A stretch of 46,141 nucleotides of DNA, taken from assembly GCA_036661755.1 (NCBI GenBank), contig JAVWYC010000001.1, positions 1-46,141 on the forward strand. Reading direction: 5' to 3'. Of the stretch, positions 21,006 to 30,255 are shown in pieces. The notes under the pieces were generated by a model, which had not been told where the DNA came from, did not search any database, and saw only the letters and a program-made list of their open reading frames with translations. This stretch comes from Mucinivorans sp. GTDB lineage: Bacteria > Bacteroidota > Bacteroidia > Bacteroidales > Rikenellaceae. Numbering within the stretch: position 1 is the stretch's first letter; every line of letters begins with the position of its first letter. A program made the translations under genes and the position numbers.

Positions 21006-21623
21006 TTATTCGAGGATAATATCTAACGAATAGAGCAAGGACGCGGCTTGGGGCATCGAAAAGCGCGCTTTCGACACGTTGCTCGTCAAGACATTAATCG
21101 TATAATTTGTGGCACGCGAAAAATCTGCTTTCGTTAATATCGTGTCGCTAAAAAGCGCTCCCGAAAGTTCCGACGTTCCGAAATTAGCGCTCGTCAGATT
21201 GGCACTTTCGAAGCCAACTTCACGCAAAGAACAACTCATAAATTGCGCTTTCGTGAGATTCATGGCCACAAAAATAGAATAGTCGAGCACACAATCGGTA
21301 AATGTGATCGGAAAACGCGGCAAAATCTTTCCCGATGCTTTGCGCCAAAGGCTGGCAGTCCAATCAATGCCGATCATTTTACACCCCACAAAAGAGCTGT
21401 TGCCCATCTGTGAATTTGGAATCTTGGCTAACGAAAGGTTGCAATTTTCAAACTTACAATCTAAAAATGTACAGCCGGAAAACACACATTCACTCATTTC
21501 ACACCGACAGAACAAACAACCGTCAAAGTGTTTGCCCTCCACATAAAGCGCTGTAAGGGTCAGTGAATCAAATGTTTGCGCTTCAAAATAGGATCCCGCA
21601 AACAGATCCTCGCCCGGCCTCAT
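21006..21623 (-). CDS. Pentapeptide repeat protein (MfpA/Qnr-like fold)
   Basis: Continuous xFxxx/xLxxx pentapeptides (CVFSG CTFLD CKFEN CNLSL; ANLTS ANFGT; ADFSRA). Start ATG 21623 forms an ATGA overlap with the rlmN stop. Confidence 0.9.
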   Translation of the reverse strand: MRPGEDLFAGSYFEAQTFDSLTLTALYVEGKHFDGCLFCRCEMSECVFSGCTFLDCKFENCNLSLAKIPNSQMGNSSFVGCKMIGIDWTASLWRKASGKILPRFPITFTDCVLDYSIFVAMNLTKAQFMSCSLREVGFESANLTSANFGTSELSGALFSDTILTKADFSRATNYTINVLTSNVSKARFSMPQAASLLYSLDIILE

Positions 21624-22659
21624 TGTTTCGAGGCGCTGAGCATGCCACAAGCTGCCAAAATATCTTCGCCACGCGAAGTGCGCGTTGTGGTGAGGATCCC
21701 GGCTTTATTGAGGTATGCGTTGAACCATTTGATGGTTTCAGCCGACGAACCACGCAGGGGGCTATCGGGAATTTGATGGAAACGTATCAAATTGACACGC
21801 ACTTCGTTCAACGTCCCGCCGCCGGGGGTTTTCAAAAGGTTCAATCGCCGTATCAATTCATCGGCATGACGAGCCGTGTCGTTCACCTCAGAGAACATTA
21901 TATACTCAAAACTCAATCGTCGATGATGCGTAAAATCGTGATTACCAACTATTTCGAGCGTTTTTTCGATCGCATTTGAATTTTCGACAGGCATCATTTT
22001 CAGTCGTTCTTCGTGGAAGGGATTGTGCAAACTCACGGCCAGACTAACGCGCGTTTGGCGCAGAAATGTGTCCAGATTTTTGGCCATACCAACCGTAGAG
22101 AGGGTGATGCGTGTAGGGCTCCACGCCAAGCCCCAAGCGGAGGTAATCACCTCGATGGCGCGCAAAACATGCTCCATGTTGTCCAAAGGCTCGCCCATGC
22201 CCATAAAAACGACATTCGTGAGCTCCGTCGATTCATCGACGCCCATGATTTGGTTCACGATTTCTACGGCCGTCAGGTTTTCGAGAAATCCCATACGCCC
22301 GGTCATACAGAAGGCGCACCCCATTCGGCACCCCGCTTGACTGGAAATACAGAGTGTGCGCGAAGTTTGAGATGGTATATAGACCGCCTCGACGTGATTG
22401 CCGTTTTTGGTAGGAAAGAGATATTTGCGTGTCCCATCGTTCGAGCTGACCACATCAACGGGCGCCGCATAACCAATTTCATAGTTTTGGGCAAGCGTAT
22501 CGCGTGCTTTGATCGATAAGTTCGTGATTTCGTCGAACGAACGCACTCGTTTTTTGTATATCCAGTCGGCCAGTTGCGCGCCAACAAAACGACGAAAACC
22601 ATTGTCAAGCGCCACTTGCGTAAGCTCGTCAATGGTTTTCCCTATTAATATGTCTTTCA

Positions 22660-22660
<1 letters not shown>
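21620..22660 (-). CDS. rlmN: Dual-specificity 23S rRNA m2A2503 / tRNA m2A37 radical-SAM methyltransferase
   Basis: CISSQAGCRMGCAFC, MGMGEP, SLH, AACG. Start at ATG 22660 (MKDILIGK); the upstream ORF extension is a tRNA. Confidence 0.95.
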
Positions 22661-22735
<75 letters not shown>

Positions 22736-22761
22736 TTTTTATTGTGATTTGAATCTCCAAG

Positions 22762-22787
22762 GAGTTGCCTTTATTATGAGGCAACTC
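22762..22787. other. Stem-loop in the 5' leader of tRNA-Ala
   Basis: GAGTTGCCTT-N6-GAGGCAACTC, lying between the promoter and the tRNA. Confidence 0.5.
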
Positions 22788-22802
22788 TCGGAAATCCTTC
22801 GA

Positions 22803-22858
22803 CAAAAGTAAACAAAAAAATTAAATTATCAAAAATTGGAAAAAAAATTGTATTTTTG
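22803..22858. promoter_or_regulatory. Divergent -7 promoter elements for tRNA-Ala (TACTTTTG, minus, 22803-22810) and tRNA-Arg (TATTTTTG, plus, 22851-22858)
   Basis: Both match TAnnTTTG in an AT-rich spacer. Confidence 0.65.
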
Positions 22859-22874
22859 TAGTCCGTTCAACTAT

Positions 22875-22946
22875 GGTCTCGTAGTTCAATGGATAGAATA
22901 GCGGTTTCCGGTACCGCTGATATGGGTTCGATTCCCGTCGGGACTA
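22875..22946 (+). tRNA. tRNA-Arg(CCG), CCA not encoded
   Basis: Acceptor GGTCTCG/CGGGACT, anticodon arm GCGGT-TTCCGGT-ACCGC, GGTTCGATTCC T-arm. Confidence 0.95.
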
Positions 22947-22947
22947 C

Positions 22948-22993
22948 AAGACGCTAAGTGATTAATAAACGATCATTTAGCGTCTTTATTTTA
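22948..22993 (+). terminator. Intrinsic terminator after tRNA-Arg (possibly bidirectional)
   Basis: AAGACGCTAAGTGAT/ATCATTTAGCGTCTT stem followed by TATTTT. Confidence 0.7.
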
Positions 22994-23020
22994 AGCTTTG
23001 GTTTAAGTCCAAGTTTTGGT

Positions 23021-23494
23021 TTAGGTACTTTCGGGTGTCACTTGTTCTACTTCGATACCCGCGCGACGCAGCAAAGCCAATCCGTCGACGGTATGATAAT
23101 CATCAGCAAAAACAACGCGACGTATGCCGGCTTGGATAATTAACTTGCTGCACTCGATACATGGCGATGCGGTCACATAAAGAGTTGCTCCTTGCGATGA
23201 GCTTTGCGACTTGGCTACTTTGGTGATCGCATTGGCTTCGGCATGCAAAACATAGGGTTTTGTGCGCCCTACTTCGTATTGTTTTTGGCCATCTATGTTT
23301 GGCAGTTCTTCTTCTTGCCATTCGCAAACATTCTCGAATCCACACGGAGTGCCGTTGTATCCATCAGAAATAATCATCTTGTCGCGCACAATGAGCGCTC
23401 CCACTTTACGCCGTTGGCAATACGAATTTTCGGCCCAAATGCGCGCCATTTTCATGTAGCGCAGGTCTAAATCGTGCTGTTTGTCTGTGTTCAT
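23021..23494 (-). CDS. dCMP deaminase family protein
   Basis: SDGYNGTP, HAEANA and PCIEC zinc motifs. Confidence 0.93.
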   Translation of the reverse strand: MNTDKQHDLDLRYMKMARIWAENSYCQRRKVGALIVRDKMIISDGYNGTPCGFENVCEWQEEELPNIDGQKQYEVGRTKPYVLHAEANAITKVAKSQSSSQGATLYVTASPCIECSKLIIQAGIRRVVFADDYHTVDGLALLRRAGIEVEQVTPEST

Positions 23495-23497
23495 AAA

Positions 23498-23782
23498 CTA
23501 TTTTTTGCGCTTTTCGATTTGTTTGCGCAACGCTTCGCAAGCCTCGTCGGCGGCAACTTCAAAGCTCGATGCTCGACGTTCGGCGGTCAAGTCGCTGCCT
23601 GATGCTACAAGCTTGATTAACACTACTTTATTGCCTTCGTCCGGATTCTTATCGAGTTTCAATATCGTTTCGCCCCAGCTGATTGTGTCGTCAAAAAGAG
23701 CTAACTTTTGAAGCTTCGCTTCGATGAAATCCAATAATTTTTGATCGGCAGTGAAGTGTACTGATTGAATCTGTGTTTTCAT
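23498..23782 (-). CDS. hpf: Ribosome hibernation promoting factor / RaiA (short HPF)
   Basis: IQSVHFTADQKLLDFI..SFE.A.D pattern typical of Bacteroidetes; next to xerC. Confidence 0.88.
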   Translation of the reverse strand: MKTQIQSVHFTADQKLLDFIEAKLQKLALFDDTISWGETILKLDKNPDEGNKVVLIKLVASGSDLTAERRASSFEVAADEACEALRKQIEKRKK

Positions 23783-23852
23783 AATCTTCTTCTTTTTTGT
23801 GAATAATCTATCTTGTTATTTCAAACGTTCACATGTGATTTTTATTACGTTT

Positions 23853-24740
23853 TTAGTCGTTTTTCAACCTAGGGTGAGCGTTTTTATAACTTTTTTTCAA
23901 CATTTCTATCGACGTATGCGCGTATATCTGAGTGGTTGCGAGCGAACTATGGCCAAGCAGATGGGAGATGGTGTTTATCGGAGCCCCTCGATCCAAAAGA
24001 GCGGTGGCGAAGGTGTGCCGCAAAACATGTGGCGAGGCCTTACCCTCTACACCATAGAGCCTTAGGTTTCGATGAACGATCTCATAAATCTTAGCATGCG
24101 TGATAGCGTCAAAATTGTCACCTAAAAGTAGTGATTTTTTTGGTGTTAAACAAATTTTATCTTCAAAAAGATGCAAATAATGTTCAATACGCTGCGCCAC
24201 AGGCTCCAACAGAGGCACGATGCGTTCTTTGCGCCCCTTGCCCAAAACGCGTAGCAACAAATTATCGGATAATTCCACTCTATCCATTGTCAAATCGGCC
24301 GCCTCGGCACGACGCAAACCGCAGAAATAGAGCAATAAAATCACGATCCGATCACGCTCGCTCGCAAAATCATCGCTCGGCGTGAGCACTTGATCTACCA
24401 AGCGCGCCATACGATCGAGAGGCACAAATTCCGGAAGATTTTTGGCCATTTTCAACGAATGCAAATCGGCCAATGGATTTTTGTCGATCGCCCCTTGGCG
24501 GATCAAAAAATTATAGAATTTACGCATCGCACTCATACGACGATTCACCGAACGCGAATTATCGCCCCGTTCGATCATCGCCATTATGTAGCTGCGGCAA
24601 TCGTTCCTCGTGGCCTCCTCTAATGCGGTATCTTCCAAATAGTTAGCAAACGCTTCGAGGTCGGCCATATAGGCGCCAATGGTCAAGGGCGCGAGCTGCA
24701 ACTCGTACTCCATATATTGCTCAAAGCGTTCCGTATACAT
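23853..24740 (-). CDS. xerC: Tyrosine recombinase XerC-like
   Basis: GLRRAE, GKGRKER, HVLRH, LGH and TQIY catalytic residues; xerC-hpf adjacency. Confidence 0.85.
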   Translation of the reverse strand: MYTERFEQYMEYELQLAPLTIGAYMADLEAFANYLEDTALEEATRNDCRSYIMAMIERGDNSRSVNRRMSAMRKFYNFLIRQGAIDKNPLADLHSLKMAKNLPEFVPLDRMARLVDQVLTPSDDFASERDRIVILLLYFCGLRRAEAADLTMDRVELSDNLLLRVLGKGRKERIVPLLEPVAQRIEHYLHLFEDKICLTPKKSLLLGDNFDAITHAKIYEIVHRNLRLYGVEGKASPHVLRHTFATALLDRGAPINTISHLLGHSSLATTQIYAHTSIEMLKKSYKNAHPRLKND

Positions 24741-25912
24741 TATATTAACCGACGAGAAGTGGTTTGATTTGTAGTTTTAAGGGTATTAAAATCAATATTT
24801 TCGAGCAACACGGCTCCTGCACGTTTGCCGACGGTGAAGCTCCCCAACTCTTGTTCAAAACCCAAGGCACGAGCTCCACCGGCCGTTGCCCAGCTCAAAA
24901 TAGCGGACAGCGGAATGTGTGGATTATTCTGCGATAGCCATTTGATCTCTTCCACCATGCTCAGCGAATGGTTGGATGTCAATGAATCGGTACCCAAAGC
25001 CACACGAACCCCCATTTGGTACATCAATTCGGCAGGCGGAAAGGCGCGCTCGATATAGTAATTAGAACGCGGGCAGAGCACAAAAGTAACGTTCGTGAAA
25101 TGGGCAATAACTTGTTCAATATCAGCACGTTTGCATTGCGTATTGTGGATCAAGAGCAACGGTACATCGCTCGGCAAACTCCCCACCAAGCGAGCCGGAT
25201 GCGACCCATAATACAGAAAATCGGGCTTCATGCCCCACTCGTCTACCATCAAACGATACATGCCGCCAGCCTTGTCGAAAAGTTCCATCTCGGTGGCCGT
25301 CTCCATAAAGTGGATCGAGAGGCGTTCGCTCCCCGCCGACATCTTAAAGAGCTTATCACTAACCATATAGGTCGAATGTGGTGATGGCGAAATAGCGAGC
25401 CCCAATTCGCGTGCCGGAGCTACGTTGGCTGTTTTTTCGGCAAAATAAGCCTCAGCCTGGTCGTCTGGTGGCATGTTGAAATACTCGGCAAAGGTGTAGT
25501 ATTTTATTCGACTGTCAACTTTGGCGGGAAAACTGGCCGTGCCATTAGAAATATCACCAACGGCCTGCACCCCTTCGCTCCACATAAAGTGATCGTTGAG
25601 CTTGGCGGCCTGAACTTGCTCATCAACAGTCCATTGCCCACGTATTTGGGTGATCGACCTAACAAAACCATCGAGCATTGAGCCCTCGGCAATTTGTCCT
25701 TTGAGGTACGATAATTCGAGGTGACAATGGGCGTTGGTCATACCCGGAATTAAGATCCCATCATAATATTCTAGCGACGGAGTGGCGTCGAGTGTCGATC
25801 GATCGACGGGCTCGACGGCGAGAACAACTCCATTTTCATCGAAGCTAACGACTAGCGATTCCTGCAGGACTCCATTTTCGTTTAGCACGTACGGACAAGC
25901 TATCTTCCTCAT
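24740..25912 (-). CDS. Metal-dependent amidohydrolase (possible aminodeoxyfutalosine deaminase)
   Basis: NAHCHLELS, SPHSTY, HFME, LGTDS. The specific substrate is inference from mqnC in the same window. Confidence 0.8.
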   Translation of the reverse strand: MRKIACPYVLNENGVLQESLVVSFDENGVVLAVEPVDRSTLDATPSLEYYDGILIPGMTNAHCHLELSYLKGQIAEGSMLDGFVRSITQIRGQWTVDEQVQAAKLNDHFMWSEGVQAVGDISNGTASFPAKVDSRIKYYTFAEYFNMPPDDQAEAYFAEKTANVAPARELGLAISPSPHSTYMVSDKLFKMSAGSERLSIHFMETATEMELFDKAGGMYRLMVDEWGMKPDFLYYGSHPARLVGSLPSDVPLLLIHNTQCKRADIEQVIAHFTNVTFVLCPRSNYYIERAFPPAELMYQMGVRVALGTDSLTSNHSLSMVEEIKWLSQNNPHIPLSAILSWATAGGARALGFEQELGSFTVGKRAGAVLLENIDFNTLKTTNQTTSRRLI

Positions 25913-26729
25913 TTTTAATTATTTGATAAAGTTTAATATCCTTAAAATAGCGATTATAATAATTCTTGCGCGCGCGTGTCACCTCTGGCGTGAAAATCAG
26001 TTTCACGTTGCTCACAAAAGAGCTGTCATAAAACTTCACGCGATTGGCTCGATCGAGCACCGGATCCTCGAAGTTAACAAAGAGCGTGTCGTGGGCTTCG
26101 ATCAGTTCGATTCGGCTATCAAAATGTGTGGTATCCACCGATCGATTGATCCATATTCGATTGCTCGAGAGATTGCTTTTTCGACCCTTGTCGCCTGTGC
26201 GATAGGCAATCGATTTGGTGCCAGCGCGATAATCGGACACACTTTTATAGTCGAAACTAATGTTATATAGGCCTCGTTCGACATTCAAAAACCTGAGTTT
26301 CAATTTGTTGATCGTACCGTGAATTGTGGTATCTTTACTATACAAAGTGTCGGAATAAAATTTCAAGGCCAACGAATCGAAACGCAACGAAGTGCCATAA
26401 CGATAATCAGCCATCAAGGCCATTGAATCGATACCTTTGGTCACTTGCAAAAAAATCTCGTTCAAAGGGTTACTCTTGCGCATCGACATGTTGTAGACCG
26501 TGTACTGGAAATCGGCCAAATCATAGCCATAATGTTCCAAAATTTCGGAGTAATAATCAACGGTATCTCCCGGCGAAGCCGGCGTGGGAACCCCAAACTC
26601 AGACGAGGTAAGGCTACCGGTAAGCAAAGCCTCGGTGATGATATTCACCATATCTTCGTTCGGAATATCTTTGGGCCCAGAACAAGCCACAAACAAAACG
26701 ATCAAAAAACCTAAAAATATCTTCTTCAT
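25845..26729 (-). CDS. Lipoprotein, DUF4296-like N-terminus
   Basis: Lipobox VAC; P.DIP.EDM..I and Y..ILEHYGY...DF patterns; 68-bp overlap with the next gene. Confidence 0.65.
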   Translation of the reverse strand: MKKIFLGFLIVLFVACSGPKDIPNEDMVNIITEALLTGSLTSSEFGVPTPASPGDTVDYYSEILEHYGYDLADFQYTVYNMSMRKSNPLNEIFLQVTKGIDSMALMADYRYGTSLRFDSLALKFYSDTLYSKDTTIHGTINKLKLRFLNVERGLYNISFDYKSVSDYRAGTKSIAYRTGDKGRKSNLSSNRIWINRSVDTTHFDSRIELIEAHDTLFVNFEDPVLDRANRVKFYDSSFVSNVKLIFTPEVTRARKNYYNRYFKDIKLYQIIKNEEDSLSVRAKRKWSPAGIASR

Positions 26730-28507
26730 TTGATTCTCTTTTCAATTTCCTCGCGCGTGATAGTTTCTATCACTTTGAGCCCCGATGGGGTGTAGGACGG
26801 TTCATGACAAGCAAAAAGTTGAGCTGCAAATTGAGCCACATCGGGCACTGTGCCACATTTTTCGTTCAACACACCCCGCGTGAGCCGATCGGCCAGACGC
26901 TCGGCAATAGTGTGCGGCGAGTTGTCGACCAAAGCAGCCAACAATTCATCGAACACATTATCGTCCAAACCCGAAGGCGCGGCATGGAGCTCCACTCTCT
27001 TTTTGTCTACCACCACCACAAAGCCCAACGCTTCGATCGATTCTTGGGCAGCTAGCAACGCCTCACGTTCGGCATAATTCAGATTCAAAATCCGTGGCTC
27101 GATCAGAAATTGAGCCACCAGAGAAGTTGAATTATGCAAAATTTTCTCGTACGCCATTCGACACCTGGCACGAGCAATATTAATGATCGACAATCCTTGG
27201 GCAGAACGAACGACGATAAATTTATCGTCTAACTGAAAACCGCTCCACACAACGGGAACCGTCGCCTCGATGAGCGAAGAGTCGATCAAAGTCGTGGATA
27301 GATCGTCGGGCAAAATCTCCATAAAAGGCACTCGTTGGGCGTCGATCGCCTCTTGACTTTCGGCCTCCCACTTTGTGGTGTCATAGGAAGTGAAGGGGTT
27401 GTAGGCTCGCGCCGAATGGCTCGCCGGCATGGCATAACCACGCGAGGGATCCTGCGGCCCGGGGTAGCTTGGAATGTCAATTGGCGAAGCTCCACCATCG
27501 AAATCAATAGCTTCGATCACATTAGAACGCCCCAAACACCCCTTGACGGCCGAATAGATGGTCTGAAAAATGGCCTGTTCGTCGTCGAATTTAACTTCGG
27601 TCTTGGTAGGGCTAATATTGACGTCGATCGACGAGGGCGAAAGTTCGATAAACAAAAAGTACGACGGATAGCTACCGTGCGCAATCAAGCGATCATAGGC
27701 CCGCATCACAGCGCGCGCCAGAAACAAACTCCGCACAAAGCGACCATTGACAAAGATAAATTGCGACGAACCACTTTTTATTGTCGCCATGTCGGGTGTG
27801 CCGATGTAGCCCGTCAGGCGCACTAATTCCGTATTGAGGTCGATCGAAAGAAGCTTTTTCTTTAGACTGTTTTTTGTGAGCTCCACAATTCGTTGATGAA
27901 GCCCCCCCGCGCCGAGCACTAACGGACGGTCGCTCAGATTGTTATGCAACTCAAATTCAATGTCGGGGTTCACCATGGCCACCCTAAGAAATTCGGCATG
28001 AACAGCCATCGCCTCGGCTCGATCGCTCTTGAGGAATTTGCGACGTGCAGGCGTATTGTAGAACAGATTACGCACAATGATCGAGGTCCCTTTTGGGGTA
28101 TCAATTGTGTCGTTAAGCACGATTTGCCCCCCCGAAATTTCGATCAGCGTGCCTATTTGGTCGGCCACGCGGCGAGTGCGCATCTCCACATGCGCCACCG
28201 AGGCGATCGAGGCCAAGGCCTCACCTCGGAAACCAAACGTACGGAGCGAAAACAGATCTTCGGCGGTGTGAATTTTGGAGGTCGCATGACGCAAAAAGGC
28301 ACGTGGTGCATCTTGGGCGCTCATGCCCATGCCATCGTCGATAACGGTCAACAAAGTTCGCCCACCGTCGACCGAACGCACAATAACCTTCTGAGCCCCA
28401 GCGTCGACAGCATTTTCCATCAACTCTTTGACTATCGAAGCTGGTCTTTGAACCACCTCGCCAGCAGCAATTTGGTTAGCTATATTAGACGATAAAACTT
28501 CTATCAT
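26726..28507 (-). CDS. mutL: DNA mismatch repair protein MutL
   Basis: NQIAAGEVVQRP, KELMEN, DDGMG, GFRGEALASI. Start set at ATG 28507. Confidence 0.96.
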   Translation of the reverse strand: MIEVLSSNIANQIAAGEVVQRPASIVKELMENAVDAGAQKVIVRSVDGGRTLLTVIDDGMGMSAQDAPRAFLRHATSKIHTAEDLFSLRTFGFRGEALASIASVAHVEMRTRRVADQIGTLIEISGGQIVLNDTIDTPKGTSIIVRNLFYNTPARRKFLKSDRAEAMAVHAEFLRVAMVNPDIEFELHNNLSDRPLVLGAGGLHQRIVELTKNSLKKKLLSIDLNTELVRLTGYIGTPDMATIKSGSSQFIFVNGRFVRSLFLARAVMRAYDRLIAHGSYPSYFLFIELSPSSIDVNISPTKTEVKFDDEQAIFQTIYSAVKGCLGRSNVIEAIDFDGGASPIDIPSYPGPQDPSRGYAMPASHSARAYNPFTSYDTTKWEAESQEAIDAQRVPFMEILPDDLSTTLIDSSLIEATVPVVWSGFQLDDKFIVVRSAQGLSIINIARARCRMAYEKILHNSTSLVAQFLIEPRILNLNYAEREALLAAQESIEALGFVVVVDKKRVELHAAPSGLDDNVFDELLAALVDNSPHTIAERLADRLTRGVLNEKCGTVPDVAQFAAQLFACHEPSYTPSGLKVIETITREEIEKRIK

Positions 28508-28551
28508 ACAACCCTTTTTGGCATCACGCAGTCCCCACTCCACGCTGTGGT

Positions 28552-28848
28552 TTACATAAATTTAGAGAAAATATCGGTCATGTAATAGAGCGCAAAGAAG
28601 ACCAAAGCCACAAAAATCGCAACACGAATCAATGTGGAACGCGACGAACGAGCCACACGTGTCGAACTACGCATGCGTCGCATACGGTTTTCGCGAATCA
28701 TGGCGCCGGGTTTATACTCCCCCTCCTTATAATCATCGCCCAAAATAGCACGACGACGCTCCATGCGTTCTTCTTTTTCTTGATCCCAAAAGACCGGCGT
28801 GTAGTGAAATTCACGCACTTTACGCTTTACGCCCCCAAATCCTAACAT
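28552..28848 (-). CDS. Small membrane-anchored hypothetical protein
   Basis: R.FHYTPVFWD motif, basic middle and C-terminal TM helix. Confidence 0.75.
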   Translation of the reverse strand: MLGFGGVKRKVREFHYTPVFWDQEKEERMERRRAILGDDYKEGEYKPGAMIRENRMRRMRSSTRVARSSRSTLIRVAIFVALVFFALYYMTDIFSKFM

Positions 28849-28909
28849 TTTTCTATGGTTTAATTATCAAACAAAAATCACTCAATGCAGGCATTCGCAA
28901 CGCCCCGCC

Positions 28910-30238
28910 TTAGATCCCCAATTCGGCACGCAACTTTTCGCCAGCCTCCTCGTAGCCCGGTTTGCCCAGCAAGGCGAACATATTTCTTTTGTAGGCCTCC
29001 ACCCCGGGTTGGTCGAAAGGATTGATGCCGAGCATATAACCGCTTATGCCACAAGCCTTCTCGAAGAAATAGAGCAATTCGCCAATCGACCTTGCGTCGA
29101 TCTTTTCGATCGCAATTTCGATATTTGGGACTCCACCCTCAACGTGAGCCAACATTGTGCCCAATTGCGCCATGCGATTAACCTCCGAAATTCGTTTGCC
29201 GGCCAAAAAGTTCAAGCCGTCCAAATCGGCTGAATCTGTTTTGATCTCCACAAATTCATTAGGCTCACCCACCGAAATCACTGTCTCAAAAAGCGTCCGC
29301 TCGCCATCTTGTATGTATTGCCCCATCGAGTGCAAATCGGAAGTCAAACTAACCGAAGCGGGGAAAATACCGCGCCCATTCTTGCCTTCGCTCTCGCCAT
29401 AAAGCTGTTTGAACCACTCGCCAATGTTGGCCAGTTGCGGTTCATAAGAGGCTAAGATCTCGATCTTTTTGCCTCCCTTATAGAGAACGTTACGCGTGGC
29501 GGCATATTGTGCGGCGAGGTTCGATTCAAAAGGCACATCGATGCCTGTCGCCTGCTGCATGTCGCGCGCGCCGGCCACCAAGGCGTGAATATCGACCCCC
29601 GCCACAGCCAAAGGCAAAAGGCCTACCGGGGTGAGCACCGAATAGCGTCCACCGATATTGTCGTCGATAATGAATGTCTTGTAGCCCTCTTGGCTAGCCA
29701 ATTCGCGCAGCGCACCGCGCGAACGATCAGTGATGGCAACGATCCGCTCGCCCGCGCCACCCTTGGTGTAACGACTTTCGATCTCATCTTTGATGATACG
29801 AAAGGCGATGGCCGGTTCGGTGGTTGTGCCCGATTTGCTGATCACGATTGTGGCGATGGAATAATCACGCAAGGTTTCCATCAATTCATACATATAATCT
29901 TCCGATATGTTTTGACCTGCAAAAATGACGATCGGAGCCGAACGTTTTTTCTGTAACCAATCGAAATTATTGCTCAACGCATCGATCACCGATTTGGCCC
30001 CCAAATACGACCCTCCGATCCCAATCACCACCACCACTTCGGCATTGGAAGCCAAGTGTTGAGCCGTGTGCTCAATGTCGGCTAGTAATTCGGTGTCAAT
30101 GGCGCCGGGCAGATCCACCCAACCCAAGAAATCATTCCCAAGGCCACTCTTTTTGTGCAAAGCAACGTTACATTCAATAGCTTGCTTGCGCATCTGTTCA
30201 CTAATTTCAACCCCGGATTTTTCTAAATTCAGTTTCAT
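28910..30238 (-). CDS. pgi: Glucose-6-phosphate isomerase
   Basis: GIGGSYLG, SKSGTTTE, GGRYSV, GESEGK, FDQPGVEAYK. Confidence 0.97.
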   Translation of the reverse strand: MKLNLEKSGVEISEQMRKQAIECNVALHKKSGLGNDFLGWVDLPGAIDTELLADIEHTAQHLASNAEVVVVIGIGGSYLGAKSVIDALSNNFDWLQKKRSAPIVIFAGQNISEDYMYELMETLRDYSIATIVISKSGTTTEPAIAFRIIKDEIESRYTKGGAGERIVAITDRSRGALRELASQEGYKTFIIDDNIGGRYSVLTPVGLLPLAVAGVDIHALVAGARDMQQATGIDVPFESNLAAQYAATRNVLYKGGKKIEILASYEPQLANIGEWFKQLYGESEGKNGRGIFPASVSLTSDLHSMGQYIQDGERTLFETVISVGEPNEFVEIKTDSADLDGLNFLAGKRISEVNRMAQLGTMLAHVEGGVPNIEIAIEKIDARSIGELLYFFEKACGISGYMLGINPFDQPGVEAYKRNMFALLGKPGYEEAGEKLRAELGI

Positions 30239-30255
30239 TATTTTTTACTTGATTG

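Noticed and set aside
23260-23325. Short insertion (WQEEELPNIDGQKQYEVGR) in dCMP deaminase
   Set aside because: Falls in a variable loop before the HAE motif; catalytic motifs are intact.
23853-24740. Tyrosine recombinase near tRNAs as a prophage/ICE integrase
   Set aside because: 295-aa XerC-type protein in the usual xerC-hpf context, with no duplicated tRNA 3' end or cargo.
25845-25912. 68-bp overlap between the lipoprotein and amidohydrolase genes
   Set aside because: Probably a stop-codon drift giving an unconserved tail; nothing indicates a functional overlap.
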